64,000 nucleotides of DNA from the NCBI RefSeq assembly GCF_009914755.1, contig NC_060933.1; one strand, given 5' to 3'. Origin of the DNA: the human T2T-CHM13v2.0 reference genome, Homo sapiens. Positions 31,200-45,154 of this stretch are shown in pieces. The position numbers and the translations under genes are program-made. The notes beneath the pieces are model-generated. The model made no database searches, was not told the DNA's origin, and saw only the letters and a program-made list of their open reading frames with translations. Positions within the stretch are counted from its first letter, which is position 1; each line of letters starts with the position of its first letter.

Positions 31200-32618
31200 A
31201 TCTATTCTATTCAATGTGCAATAGAAACTTTAATACTGTTAATAAGAATAAGATAAATTTTATTAGTATACTTTTTGAAAGGCAAAAATATCTTTCTGTT
31301 GCTCACCTAAAGAAGCTTGACTGATATGCCAAGTTTCCTTTTAAAACCACCAGGCAACAGTTATAATAATTACTGACCACTTTCTTGACCATAAAGCTCC
31401 TGTTTTGTTTTTTAACTTAACCTTATGTGGTACTGTATATTAAGAGAATATATGCAATAAAAATTTCCCTTAAAGGAGTAATAACCCCTAAGAAGGTAAT
31501 AAGGCTAAAGACCTAATCACAATCTTAAATATATCAGAGTGATTGTACCTCCAGAGTTACTAATATCTCTAGCTGTATTAGGTCATTCTCTAATTTTGGA
31601 AAGACTATGAAAGGTGAGTGACCTCAGAGAATTACATGGCATGACACATCCCGTCCCATTCCCATCCTATTTGCAGAGATGGGTTTCATTAAATGTTACC
31701 AACAAGTAATATATGGGACTTGCCAATGGAGATCCCAGGGAGGAAATTTAGGTCTCTCGTTGAGAACACCAGACATCCCTGAGGCTAAATGACAGATGTC
31801 CTACCAGTTCAGAGTGAGCTGCCACCGTTGCTGCAGCTGGCTGATTCCTTAGCACTTTTCAGCAGGTTTTATCATGTGGTCAACAATCCCTAGTCTTACG
31901 CTTGCAGGTTTGCCTAAGCATAAACTGAGCTAACAAATTCTTAATTAGCCTTTAGCACCCTTAGTAGGCCTAATGCCTTCTCCCTTGCTAGGATCTTTGG
32001 GGTTAAAAATGAAAATTAGGGTCTGTTTTTTCTTATTAAGCACAAAATTATTAAAAGTGGCATACTGAATTTGGATTAAAACTGTCCAGGAAGGGGTGGT
32101 GACATCAGCAGAGAATCTGGCATAAATAATTCCAGGGGTTCCCTCTGTCATCATAACTGAGGTATTTGTCTGTATTGTTTTGCATTGGTGGGTCTGTTCC
32201 CCCGAGTTCTTAAATTGGAGTCTATGAATTGTTTCTTTCAGAAAGAGATATACCTTCACTGACTGGCTTTGAGCTGAGTATTAGTAACACAGAGCCAGGT
32301 TACTCCAGGTCAAAGTCAACAAGAATTCTACACTACATGCAACTGGTAGAGGATGGACTCACCCACATTCTGCCAGTGGTTAGGTGAAGCTGGTTAGAGT
32401 TCCATATGGGTAAGATATCCTTCTTTTAGTGGTTTTATTACCATTGAAGCCAACAGAAGCTCTGCCATGGAAATTTAAAAGAGGCTCAATATAAGCCCAC
32501 ACTGCAGGTGAGTCACCAACTAAGAGTAAAAATGTTTTGTGTTGGCCGTAGCGTCTGATGTTGTCCACCTAAAAGATCCAGAAACCCTCTCAGACCCACA
32601 TTAGGAATGCAAGCTCCC

Positions 32619-33176
32619 TGACCTAAGACATTCTCAGCTTGAATAAACTTCATACAGGCTTTTTCCTGCCTCTAGGGTCCTGCCCTCCCTTTTCTTAGAA
32701 CACATATTTTAGATAACTTTTCATTGTGGAAAAAAGATTTGTATCTCTTCCCCTCTGAAATGCAAGTCTGTTTTTTTAAGCTTCTTGCATTTTACAAGGC
32801 AGGAATAGCTTTCTCCAGGACCTAGCATCTGTTCCTTTCAAATGCAATCATTAAGGAAGATAGTTCCTCTATGTCTCAGTTTCTATGGAAAGGTAGGAGC
32901 ATTAACTTCTATCTTGGGCAGGTGCCTTGCTGCAATGTGTAAAACTGTCTCCCGCCAAGAAGATCAGAAAAAGTTTACTTTTCCTTTGGATAAAGCCAGT
33001 TAGTAAACACAGGTGGCCTAATGTTCCTCTACCCTACTCTTAAAGAAAACCCCTTTAACCTTTTGTTTAAGTGGAGTTGAGCTCAGACTGAATCTGGCTT
33101 CTTTCTTCATTGCAATTGTCACGAATAAAGTCTCCTTTGCCTGTTTAATTGGCTCTGTGCCATCTTTCCTTTGACA
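32619..33176 (+). mobile_element. ERV1 solo LTR (MER67-like)
   Basis: TG..CA ends, AATAAA at ~33124, and 'ctcccttttcttaga..cctttcaaatgcaatcattaaggaagatag..aaacacaggtggcctaat'. Confidence 0.6.
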
Positions 33177-33497
33177 GACCCCTTCACATTAGTGGAGCAT
33201 TATGATTTGGTTTAGATAATACAGTTTGAGCAGAATTAATGTGGTTCTCTTCTGTATAAAAATTTTAGATTTTTCGTTCTTTCTCTCTGGGAATTAACAT
33301 TGTTCTAGTTGATGACAATTCCATCAGTCTGGGTCACACGATGAGGATGATGTACAACAGAATCCTTAGGTGATGACAAAGAACAAGTGTTTTAAGTGAG
33401 GCATTAAATTATATGCTAAGGCACTGAGATTTAAGGGTTGTGATACCATACCACGTACCTTTTCATATCGTAATTGCTGTAGTTTTGTATAACTCTT

Positions 33498-33914
33498 TGC
33501 TGTGGTTTAGATTTTACCTCTCCAAAACTCATGTTGAAATTTGATCCCTGATGTTGGAGGTGGGGCATAATGGATGTATTTGGGTTATGGGGGCAGATCC
33601 CTTATAAACAGATTAATGCCCTCTCTGGGGGTGAGTGAGTTCTTGCTCTATGAGTTCCTGCAAGAGCTGATTTTTAAAAATAGCCTGGCATCTCCTCCCT
33701 CTCTCTTGCTTCCTCTCTTGCCATGTGATCTCTGCACACTAGCTCCCCTTAACCTTCCATATGAGTGGAAACAGCCTGAAGCCCTCTCCAGACGCAGATG
33801 CCAGTGTCATGCTTCTTGTGAAATCTTCAGAACTGTGAGACAAAAAAACCTCTTTTCTTTATAAATTACCCAGCCTCAGGTATTCTTATAGCAGCACAAA
33901 AACAGACTAAGGTG
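33498..33914 (+). mobile_element. MSTB1/B2 MaLR solo LTR
   Basis: 'ccaaaactcatgttgaaatttgatccc..ggggcagatccc..ttataaattacccagcctcaggtattc'. TSD ctctt/ccctt. Confidence 0.85.
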
Positions 33915-34632
33915 CCCTTGGAATGGAGAAAGTTGAGCCATTTGGATCCTATATGGACTATGTCGGAGTAATTAGCCCGCTTTAAATGTGCCTCACCTGG
34001 TTTGTTTGAAACATCTATTGAAAGCTGAGTGTTGTTTTTGAAAAAGAAACACTTCATATGACATTCTTTTGCAGGCAAATTTGCTTGAGAAGTTTGATCA
34101 GAAAGCAAGAAATAGAAACAGACACATATTGGAATAGGTTCTCAAGCTATTTACCACCACCAAAGGAATCAGAAATGTAATGGAGGTAGCTTCAGTAAAG
34201 AGGAAATAGCCTCAGTCCAACACTTTGAAGTTACTCCCCAGTGTAATGCTATTTTACTTCCCCCTAAGATTCAGTATGAACTTGTTAAATGTTTCAGTAT
34301 ATTTAGATCCATAGAAATAAATTGAGACCAAGTTCTGTGTTTGTGACAAGTGGTCACAATGGTAGCAAAAGATTGGAAAGTTTAATTGTAGTTTCACAAA
34401 TGTGGGACCAAAACTGGGAGTGGTCTGGTCAGTAATCCATAGAAAAGCAGGGTGACATGCAGAGTCAGGGGACACTGGGTCAAAACCGCTGTATAGACTC
34501 ATGTATTTACTTGAATTACCTCTCTGTAATTCCTTTGAAATATTACACAGGAATAGAAATTTAGAAATTGGCACTAAATTTTGCTATCCTATTGGAGAGA
34601 TTAATGCTATAGATTTGAAGTTTAAATGATAA

Positions 34633-35386
34633 TGTTACCGGGGGTCCTTGCTCCCAGAGCTCCCAAGATGGTGTGGGCCACTTCCAAAAAGGTGGCAAGC
34701 CTCGTGTTCTCTGACCTGGGGTTCTTGGCCTCACGGATTCCAAGGAATGGAATCTTGGGCCATTTGGTGAGTGTTATAGCTCTATTAGAAGTCGTGGGTC
34801 ATGGAAGACAACCGTGGAACCCAGTGACTAGTGTTCAGCTCGATTAGGATGAACCCAGGCACTTAGCCATGCAGGAACGATGGCAAGCCTTTAGCCCAAT
34901 CGGAACGGCAATGGGCGCCTCACTGGATCAGGAGCCCAGCCCACACTCTGCTGGATCCGGAGGGATGGAAGTCAGCGGTGGGTCTGCAATGGCGACAAAA
35001 CAGCAGTGGTGGACAGCAAGTGAAAGCTCAGCTCGAGCCATTACAAACACGGACCAGAAGAGCACAGTTGCAAGATTTAATAGAGTGAAATAGAGTGAAA
35101 ACAGAGTTCCCATACAAGGAGGGGACCCAAAGGGGGTTGCCATTGCCGGATCAAATGCCTGGGTTTATATCCCGATCCTTGTCCCTCCCGCTGTGCTCTC
35201 AGGCAATAGATGATTGGCTATTTCTTTACTCCTGTTTTTGCCTAATTAGCATTTTAGTGAGCTCTCTGATTGGTTGGGTGTGAGCTCAGTTGCAAGCCCC
35301 GTTTTTAAAGGTGGATGCAGTCACCTTGCCAGCTAGGCTTAGGGATTCTTAGTCGGCCTAGGAAATCCAGCTAGTCCTTTCTCTCA
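34633..35386 (-). mobile_element. LTR17 (HERV-W) solo LTR
   Basis: Minus strand begins TGAGAGAAAGGACTAGCTGGATTTCCTAGGCCGACTAAGAATCCCTAAGCCTAGCT. Perfect 4-bp TSD ataa. Confidence 0.93.
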
Positions 35387-38300
35387 ATAACAAGACTTGT
35401 ACCTCTTAGTCGAGCTCTGGCTACCTTTGTGTCGATGCATTGTAGTTGTGAGTTGGGCTATGAATGCAGTTGATATTAACGGATTCCCTATACTATTAGT
35501 GCTGAATTAAGAAAAACACCTATTTTGACCCAAATCATCCAGATTAGCTATTGTCATTGCCACAAATGTACAGGTTCTTCCTTATTATGCCTATGTTTAT
35601 AAGGCTTAACAATGTGTAATTTTAGTTAAGTCCCATACTTTGGGAAAAGAGTGATGGTTAAGACATCTCTCCACCTTTTTATGCTCCAGAACCAGCTGGA
35701 CTGTATTAAAACCCACTTTCACCCTTTACCTTCTGACTTAGATAAGACTGCCTCCAGTCTTCCTCAGATTTCCCCCCTTTTTTTTGAGTTGTCACTTAGT
35801 AATGAACATTTTCTCTATTGCAATTGCCTTAATAAAAACATCTCCTTATTCTTCAGGACATCTTGTCTTGACAATCTTTTACTTGAGTAATACATATAAT
35901 TTTTTTAAAAAAATTCAGTTTCCCCAAACTGATACTAATTGTCAACCATAGCTAATATTCATTCTGGTAGGTAAGGGAATATGAGTATTTTCCAACCTGG
36001 AGTCAGATTATCTTCAAGAAACTTGTTTAAACTCTACATATTTTATAATAATATTCAGCTGGTTACATGGAAACATATTAGTCATGTATTAATAGCAGAT
36101 AACAGAACATACTCTATGTAATCCAAAATGTATGTACATTTACATAGATAGGTGCATGCAGGTACATATATATGATGTATGCATGTACATACACACACAT
36201 AGACACATACAAAGAAAAGGCAAATCTGGAATTATCTATGCTTAAATGTAAATAGTGATGGTTTTCAATGTATATGTCTACTTTTTGAACTCCATGCAAG
36301 TGAGCAAATAAATAAATGATGTGAAAATATATTTGAAAATGTGTTATCTATACCATTATATCTATTATGGGTCAGTATCAATTATTGCAATTTCTTATCA
36401 TTTATATGAATATTATGTGTTATTTCTATGCCTAATTATTTAGTCATAATACTTTTTCAAAAATAATTTGGTATAAATGTAGTATTTTTGTGAATGGGTA
36501 GACTAAGAACCTATTTCAACTGAATTGTGTGGAAAAAGGTGTATTTCTAAGAGGACACATAATTATAATAGGTATAGCAAAGCTGCAGTATTTCTATCAT
36601 TGCTGAAGCAAGTCTCTGTAAAATCTTTTACATTTAATATCTATGTAATGTTCATCATAATTCTAGGTTTGTTTTTACAAATAGTGACCCTGAGTTTTAG
36701 AGCAGGAAAGAAATTATTTATCAAAATGCTAATATTTGATGCTGGAATTCTGACTCAGAACTATTTGATCCATGACTCTATTTTTTCTAGTATATCATGC
36801 TGTTCTTATTATATACTACGGAGCTAATCAAGATAATTATCTTAAAAATTACCAGATTATCTATAGTTCTTTATTAAAAATTGATGAATTTTTCTCATTT
36901 TCCCTTTTATTACCCAATATGATTTACATTTAAATATTACAAAACTATTTCTGACTATATTATCTCAGATGCTTCTTAAAGAGTTCTTTGTTCTAATTAG
37001 TCCGAATCAGATTAAGTGGTTTAATAATGCTGAACTAATCTAGAAGAATTCACTTGGAGTAATATATATAGTACATAAATAACAAATATTTTAGCTAGGT
37101 GTCACACTATTATATAGCAATTAGCATAATGCACATGTTGTAAGGTAAAACATTGACTTTATGTAGAGCTTCACATTAAAAAAAACACTGCGAACAACAG
37201 AACAAGTCTATTTCATTTTGTTATTTACCGTATTTATTTCATTTCTCTATGGAAAAGAGTAGCTTTGGGGAAGTTTTAAGTCGATTATCTGTTTTTAATC
37301 ATGTTAGTTTTCTAATCAAATCTAGCACATATATACATATACCACTATGTATGTATAATTTTTTGTTTGTATGTAATATTTAGTGACAAATCTGAATAAA
37401 TCAAGATTTATAAGCATTTTTCCCATTTTGGTAATTTTTAAAAATTACAGCTTGACTAAAATGAATTTTGAAAATAATATGATAATTTTAAGAAATGCCT
37501 TTGAAAATGAAACCTATATCTAAACTATCTGTAGAAAGCAATATGCTTGGTTGTGTTTAGGATTATCCTTTTAGATCTAATCAGTCAAGTGTTATTACTA
37601 TATATAAAATGCACATCTGGAATTAATGAGATGTAGACTGGCAGAAGGCGGCCAAATCAGTAATGTATTCAGCATGCAACATATTTCAGGCTATCCTTTT
37701 TTTTTTTTTTTTTTTTTACTGAATGTCTCTTCTTCACTTCCTAAAATTCAATCTAATAACCTTTCACATTTAAGATAAAAATGTCAGCATTTGAGAAGTG
37801 AGTAGAAGAAAAATCTGTTATTTGTCTGTGACCAGATGAATTAGCCTTGCTGAGGATCATTTCTGGGTGCTAACTAGGTTATGGCTCATCTTCATTTGTC
37901 ATTCTCTGACTATGTGGTGACCTATTCAAAGACATCATGTAAACCTTATTTACTGCTTTGCTATAGATCACTCATGGGCTTATGAGCTACATCAGGGGTT
38001 ATAAAACATGTCTGTGTCAGTGTCATATGCTAATGGCATTATTTAACCCAAGCTTAACATTTGCACACCCCATCAATTGAGGGGAAAGATTAAATAATTC
38101 TTTTAGTACAAAGAGGTTACAAGTTTCTGGGACAACATACCTCATTAATAAATCAACTCCCCACCAACTATGTGAAGGAAATGTGAAGGCCAGGGACAGA
38201 GGCTGCATTTGAAGGACACTTTTTAAGATTATATAACTGTGCCTGTGACTTGTTTGAAGACCTGTTACTACAGATATGTGAGGTTCAGACAACAATGTAC

Positions 38301-38902
38301 CATGATGCATGGGAAAGTCTTCATGCTGCTGACTCTTAGACAAAAACCATTCATTTTATTCTTCTATGGAGAAGGGTCTCTCAATGACTACTTTTCTGTT
38401 CTTTAGTGCTTGAGAAGAGTATGCATTACATGAGTATCCAAGAAAAGTAAGAATCTAGGAGCTTTACGTTTTCCAGTCCAAACCAAACAGGACTCTTAAC
38501 AAGATGGAAAGTTGGGCTAGGGTGTCCTCTATTGTCTTTTCCACTTGTTACTAAAGTGCTGTCCAATTTTTAAACTCAAAAGCATGAAAAGTCTTCTGGT
38601 TTCTGAATTGGAAAGATTTCCAACACAGCAATAAAGACTAACCTACAGCTACCATTTATTTGTTTATTTCTGAAAAGAGAATTTTCACAATTTCTGAGTA
38701 GGTTTAGATATAGAGGTAGTAAGTGTAAGATAGAAGGAACACAGAGAAGAGAAATGGAGGAGGAATAGTGTTTTATTTTTTTCAATGTATAATGTCATTA
38801 TGAAGAGATTCATGTAGGTAGCTTTTGCAGCTTGGCTCAGGGCTAAGTGAAATCTCTCCTGGTAATTAGTGAGAAACTGATCCAGACTTGCATACCTAAC
38901 TT

Positions 38903-39028
38903 CATATATATTTTCTCTAGCTTTGACTTTTTGAACTATTATTTCTTTCTTCCTCTATTTACTAAGCCCCTCTCCTCCACCACTACCTTTACACCATTTC
39001 TGGGTTTTGAGAATTAGCTATTCTCATC

Positions 39029-39060
<32 letters not shown>

Positions 39061-39755
39061 ATATGTGTGTGTGTGTGTGTGTGCCTGTGTGTGTATGTTA
39101 TATAGCTTTGTATTACAGAAAAAAATCGGTGCCCCTGTGGTAGTCTTATCCAAAATGAAAATCTATGAAAACTCAAGCCAGGAAATATCACACTCCTGTT
39201 CTTTTTCCATTCTTCTCTGGTTTTTAAATTCATTTCAGTTCAATTTCTTTTTCCTTATTGTGTTAGCCTAACTATTAATACTATTCTCTGACTAGTATTT
39301 CAATGTCATAGCACCATAGCTTTATGCATTTAAGATGGTTCAGGGGCTAGGGGAAAAATTTTGAGAAGCTCAGATTTAGGAATGAAATTGCCATGTCTTA
39401 TAACGAAATCATCCAAATTATTGAGGCATCAACTAAAGAGTGAGGGGAAAAATCAAATGCAACATAAGGTAATCGATCATATGCCCAGAATCTGTGTTAG
39501 GCATTTTATTTTTCTAGATAATTGAGCTTATGAGGAAAGGAATATGCACTGGAAGATATTGTCATCTTGCAGAGTTTTAAGCTCCAGTAAGTTAACTAAT
39601 ATACATTTAATGGTCTATTTCTTTGCAGAGAAGAAGAATATCTAATTCTTAAAACCCAGAAATGGTGTAAAGGTAGTGGTGGTGGAGAGGGGCTTTGTAA
39701 ATAGTGAAAGAAAGTAATAACAGTCCAAAAAGTCAAAGCTAGAGAATATATAGGA
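38903..39755. repeat. Inverted duplication, ~120-bp arms (38903-39025 / 39634-39755)
   Basis: 'cactacctttacaccatttctgggtttt' pairs with 'aaaacccagaaatggtgtaaaggtagtg', and 'tctctagctttgacttttt' pairs with 'aaaaagtcaaagctagaga'. Confidence 0.9.
39029..39095. repeat. (AT)n(GT)n microsatellite
   Basis: Visible directly in the sequence. Confidence 0.95.
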
Positions 39756-39894
39756 TATATGGACAGTTCAATTCAATTCAGAAACTTTTATACTTTCACT
39801 GGGCGATCATACGAGGACATTATTAGCAGAGAAAAACTCAATAAACTTTTGAATAAAAACATATATACACAACTAAAAACTGTATTAGAAATGT

Positions 39895-40219
39895 ACATTC
39901 AGCCCTCTGTATCTGTGAGTTACGTATTGATGGATTCAATCAATGGGAGATTGAAAATATGCAAGTCAAAAAATGAGAAAAATATCAATACAACAATAAA
40001 AAATAACAAATAAAATGATACAGTATAACAACAATTTCCATAATATTTACCTTGTATTAGACATAGAAGTACCCTAGACATAACTTGAAATATACAGAAA
40101 GATGTGAATAGATTATATACAAATACTATTTCATTTTGTGTAAAGGACTTGAACATCACAGACTTTTGCACCCACAGGGGTCCTGGAACCAATCCCCTGC
40201 AGATACCAAGAGACAACTG
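39895..40219. mobile_element. MER2 (TcMar-Tigger) MITE
   Basis: 'cattcagccctctgtatctgtg...ggtcctggaaccaatcccctgcagataccaagagacaactg' flanked by TA. Confidence 0.85.
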
Positions 40220-41835
40220 TATACAGAAACTAGCTTTTCTGTGACTATGATGGAATGTTATAAGTACATATTGATATGTACGTAAGTACTTATGTTGATG
40301 TGTTCATTTTGCAGTTTGAGTCTTTCCATAAATCATTTCAATTGCTTAGATATAATATTCAAAGACTCTGGAGTTTTTGTTCAGGTATAAACATTTCATA
40401 ACAACTTGGTTTGTAACAAAAAATAAACAACATAGCATATAGATCCAAATAGATGAGTGAGTTCCAACTTATTAGAAATATGTGAGATGTAGTGCGTGAA
40501 ACCCATTCTACACTGTAGATATTAGCGAATGAATGATAGGTTTTACTGCTGTTTGGCTATCTTAGAAGCTGTACATTTTCTCACATTATTTGCTTCCATA
40601 TTGCAGATCAGCAGATTAAACAATTGCATGTAAGCATGTATACATTTGAGTTTCTCCCACTCTTAACGTTCATTCATAACAAAATGAGAGTTTATTAACA
40701 TAAGTAAACTAAATGATCACACATTATGTCCTATAATAGCAGTTGATTTATAAGGAAATGAAACTTACAAACAATTTTATTCTTTAAAATATCCATTTTC
40801 ATCAATCATGTGTCTGGATACACTAGAATAATTTTAATCATGTAGCCTATCTGAAGCTTCTGCTATATGTTCTGCTAACATCTAACGTCCCAGTTCTTTG
40901 ATAAATGAAAGGCCATTAGTCATGAAGTATTCTGTTCTAAAATCAAGCCTTAGCTGGAATCTGAACTCTTTTATTTTATCTGGAACTCAGCATAATATCC
41001 ATAACAGTTTTGCTTCAGCACCTTCTTCTGTATCACTAACATATATTTTAAAAAATCTTACCGCTTTATTCTCCAAGCAAAAAAGTTGTATCCTAGAAAA
41101 TCATTGTTTCTTTTTAAAAACAGTTTACTGATATATCATTGACATATTTAAGGAAATCATTACCTCTTGTTCTCTTCCATCAAACAAAAACCAGATGAAA
41201 AAAAAATGGCTGCTACTATTAAAAGCTGAGAGCAAGCTCTGTTTTCTGGAATTCTTAACAACACAAAAAATCATGATATTACACTAGTTGTGAATTCATA
41301 GTCATTATATGAATTATATAATGTAATGGAAGTCCATATTTCTAATTCTTTTTCTTTTGCTTAGATCATTTGTTTATCCCAGTATTATTGATATAAAAAC
41401 ATAACTCACCTTAATTTTCCTAAACTTGGGCAAACTCCCACCAACACATACACAAGCATATGTATCTTTAGCATTCCAATTCACCCCTCTTTCCACTTTC
41501 AGTACTTCTCTCATTATTTGCCCCCTTAACTCACATTTCCTTTGTTTGTCATCATTGTGATTTCTTGGAGTTTTCAAACTTTGATGCACTTTCTAATGGT
41601 CTCATATTCACCAATCCTTATTTCCATAATTTCAGGTCAAAATTTATCCTTCTGCAACCTTGAGCATTGCATCCATTTGTTATTCATTCAATATTTATTA
41701 TACCTATTATAATCTGAATAATGTTTAACTTCTTGCAGCAAATTCAATGTATTTGGTAAATTAGATCTTTGGGGGATTATACAATAGTATAGAAAATAAA
41801 ACAGGCTAATATGACCTTTTTTGAATCTCCTATAC

Positions 41836-42320
41836 CAGTGATTTTTAGCCTGATCAGAGACACACACCTTTTTTAAAAATTTTACATCTTGAGATAAAAT
41901 CCATAGACAATACAGCTTCTTGGTCTCATAAAAAATTAATGCAATGTTTTAACTTTGATGAAAAAGAGAAATAAAATGAAATAAAGATAGAATAAAACAA
42001 TTTGTGTTTTAATACATAAATGCTCAACATTACTATTCTTCAGAAGACAATGGAGCAGTCAGATGCTCATGTATAAGCAGACTCACTTGGAACTTAAAAA
42101 TTATGAATGCAAACTGATATTGGTGTTGGTATTAAATTGGCAGCTCTAATGCACAAGTAAATAGTTCACAAGTATACTAATAAACAAGTAACACTGTCAT
42201 CGATGATATTTTCTACAATAGTGTACAATTCCCAAAAAAGCCTGGAATAACATTATCTAAAATAGTACAACTTTTAATTCATTTCTTTGAAAAGCTCAGT
42301 ATGTATTAAAACTGCGCTAT
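41836..42320. mobile_element. Old hAT-like DNA transposon relic (family uncertain)
   Basis: Starts CAGTG. Internal 'aaatgctcaac..gaagaca..gtcagatgct..aatgcaaactgata' resembles a Charlie-type nonautonomous element. Confidence 0.4.
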
Positions 42321-42718
42321 TTCTTTGAAGGTGGCTGTGAGAGTCTAGGGAAAGGATAGCAACAGAAATTCTATTGATCAGCAATCTCTAAGTCTCTAGA
42401 AACAAAAATATACTTAATAATCTTTCTGAAATCCTGTTGATTCTGGTTTATTCTAAAATGGAGCCTATTCTAGAACTTTTAAACTGAGTAATATAATATT
42501 TTATATTTCCTTTGTTTGTTTTTTTAGAACCTCTTTATTTTTGACAGTATAAACAAAACTTCAGTTACAACATAATAAACATACATGCAGTCAATGTATT
42601 CACAATCCAAAAAATTAGACCTCTGAATTAAAATTTACATTTTGCCTTAAATATTTCAAAACCCATTGTAGTCAACTTTGTAATTTTACTCTTGCTTGAT
42701 ACTGTGGCATTTCCCTTA

Positions 42719-43114
<396 letters not shown>

Positions 43115-45154
43115 TTATAATTTGAAACATTCAGTAATTTAACATTTGTTTTTTGAGTGTCTACTGTATTTCAAACTGATCTAGAATACTCTTAAAGAGA
43201 TGAGTCCTATTACTATATTTGGAGCCAACAGTGGATCACACAGGGTCAGAAACTAGTGTTTTCTCAAGAAAACAATGCAAATTTACTTCTTTTTCTGGAC
43301 AACATATCTATCAAACACCAGAAAGCATAGATAATAACTTCAATGTTTTAATTATTACAAGTTAGTTCCATTATTCTAAGTACATAATTGTCAACATTTA
43401 AAAAAATATATTTAAATAACAAGAACTTCATTTCCAAGACAATGTTATAGGCACACAGAGTTATACAGCCACAGTATTTATAGTAAATGCTTTAATAGTG
43501 GAGTGCATACTGGACAGTTTCTATTGAACTCCTGTAACCATCCTCTGAATAGACTCAAGGCTGTTATATGCCAAGGTAGCTCTTGTAATATAATTTAAAC
43601 AAAACAAAACACTTTCAAAAGTTACTTTTTAAAGAACATTCAGCTTACTAAGTTGCATCAGTTTTTTTGTGTTATAAATAGATGCTGCTTTCAATTTACA
43701 TCTGACAAACATTTTCAATACTATTCATAATGAAATTCACACAATCTTTTCTGAACTGAAGGTCAGCAGCTTTGTTGAAGTTTGCAGTTGAGCTCCTCAA
43801 GAAAAATGTGACTGCAATGAGGACTGCATATTTCATTACATAATTATAATTAATAAAATTACCGAAGGTTAAAATAGTATTTCTTCTGTCATATATGCCA
43901 GTGCAGTGTTAGATTCTATTAGGGAACATTTTGAAAATCAATGTCATTGCTTTGCTAATTTAGTTAAATTCTTATTTTTATTAGGCTCACCATGAAGACT
44001 GCTCCTCTCTTCACAACTTTTCCTCAAACTTTTGGCTTTCAGAGGCATTCACAGGCATTCACTCTTCCACTGTGGTTCCCTTAGGGTATGAATCCCAGCA
44101 TGTATCTTTCTTGGCTCTTATCTAAGATTTAGTTTTACAAATGGCAAAAAAAATTATCCTTTTTTAGACAAGTGGCCTCAAAGCATACACATGGAAATGA
44201 AATAGCAAGTCATTCTGAATAAGAACTTCTGTCTGAGGAATTCAAGCACTGAATCTTCAAGATCTAGACCCTGAAAAAGCAAGTCAGATGTTTGAAACCA
44301 AGAACTTTCATCTTTTAATCCCACACGCTGTTTGAGAACTCTAAGAAGGCTATTTATTTGGGGGCATTGTCCTTTTCAATATGATAAGATTAAGCTGTTT
44401 TTACAGAAACAAAAATGGAAAGAAAAACATTTAATTACATGATTAGGTTAGAATGAGACAGAAATAAATTGTTTAGAAATGCAAACCTTCATTTAAATGC
44501 AACAACTATTCGGTAAATATGCTGCTTGATAGGCATCTCTGCTCTGGGTGCTGAGAGAGTTAATACGCATTTTATTTAGGAACAGAAGACCACAAGTGAT
44601 AATTTTTATAGCTGGGGTTAATTTTTAACTTGGAGTGAGAAGACATGAACTCCTACAATAAATAAATTCTATATGCTTTAATAAAACATTACTTTAACCT
44701 TGCTATAGAGAGGTCAGGGTTAAATGAGCATATATTATTTTAAAGGATGAAGCAGAAACAATGATGGATGTGTATCTGTTCTCAAGGTATTTCCATTGTA
44801 AAGAGAAAGAGACATGGACACATATTTTCAGCTCAAGGAATTACAGAAGTTCTGAATAGGAAGATAGTGTTCCTGTCAGGAGTGTTACAAAAAAAATGCG
44901 TTTTTACCAAAAACAGATTTCATAATATGATATGAAGAATAGATCACAACAATCAGAAGTAAAAGTGGGTACAAAGGAATGAATCATTGTCCCATCCATA
45001 ATTAGAAAATAAAATGATAGATGTAAATATGTTTATAGTAGAAATTGAATTATGTAATAAAGTTGACATTTTGAAAGAACAGTAGGACAGGTGGTTATTA
45101 TATACTTTTTTGAAGATTGGTAAAGAGTCCAGTCCAAGTAAAAAGAATTTAAAA

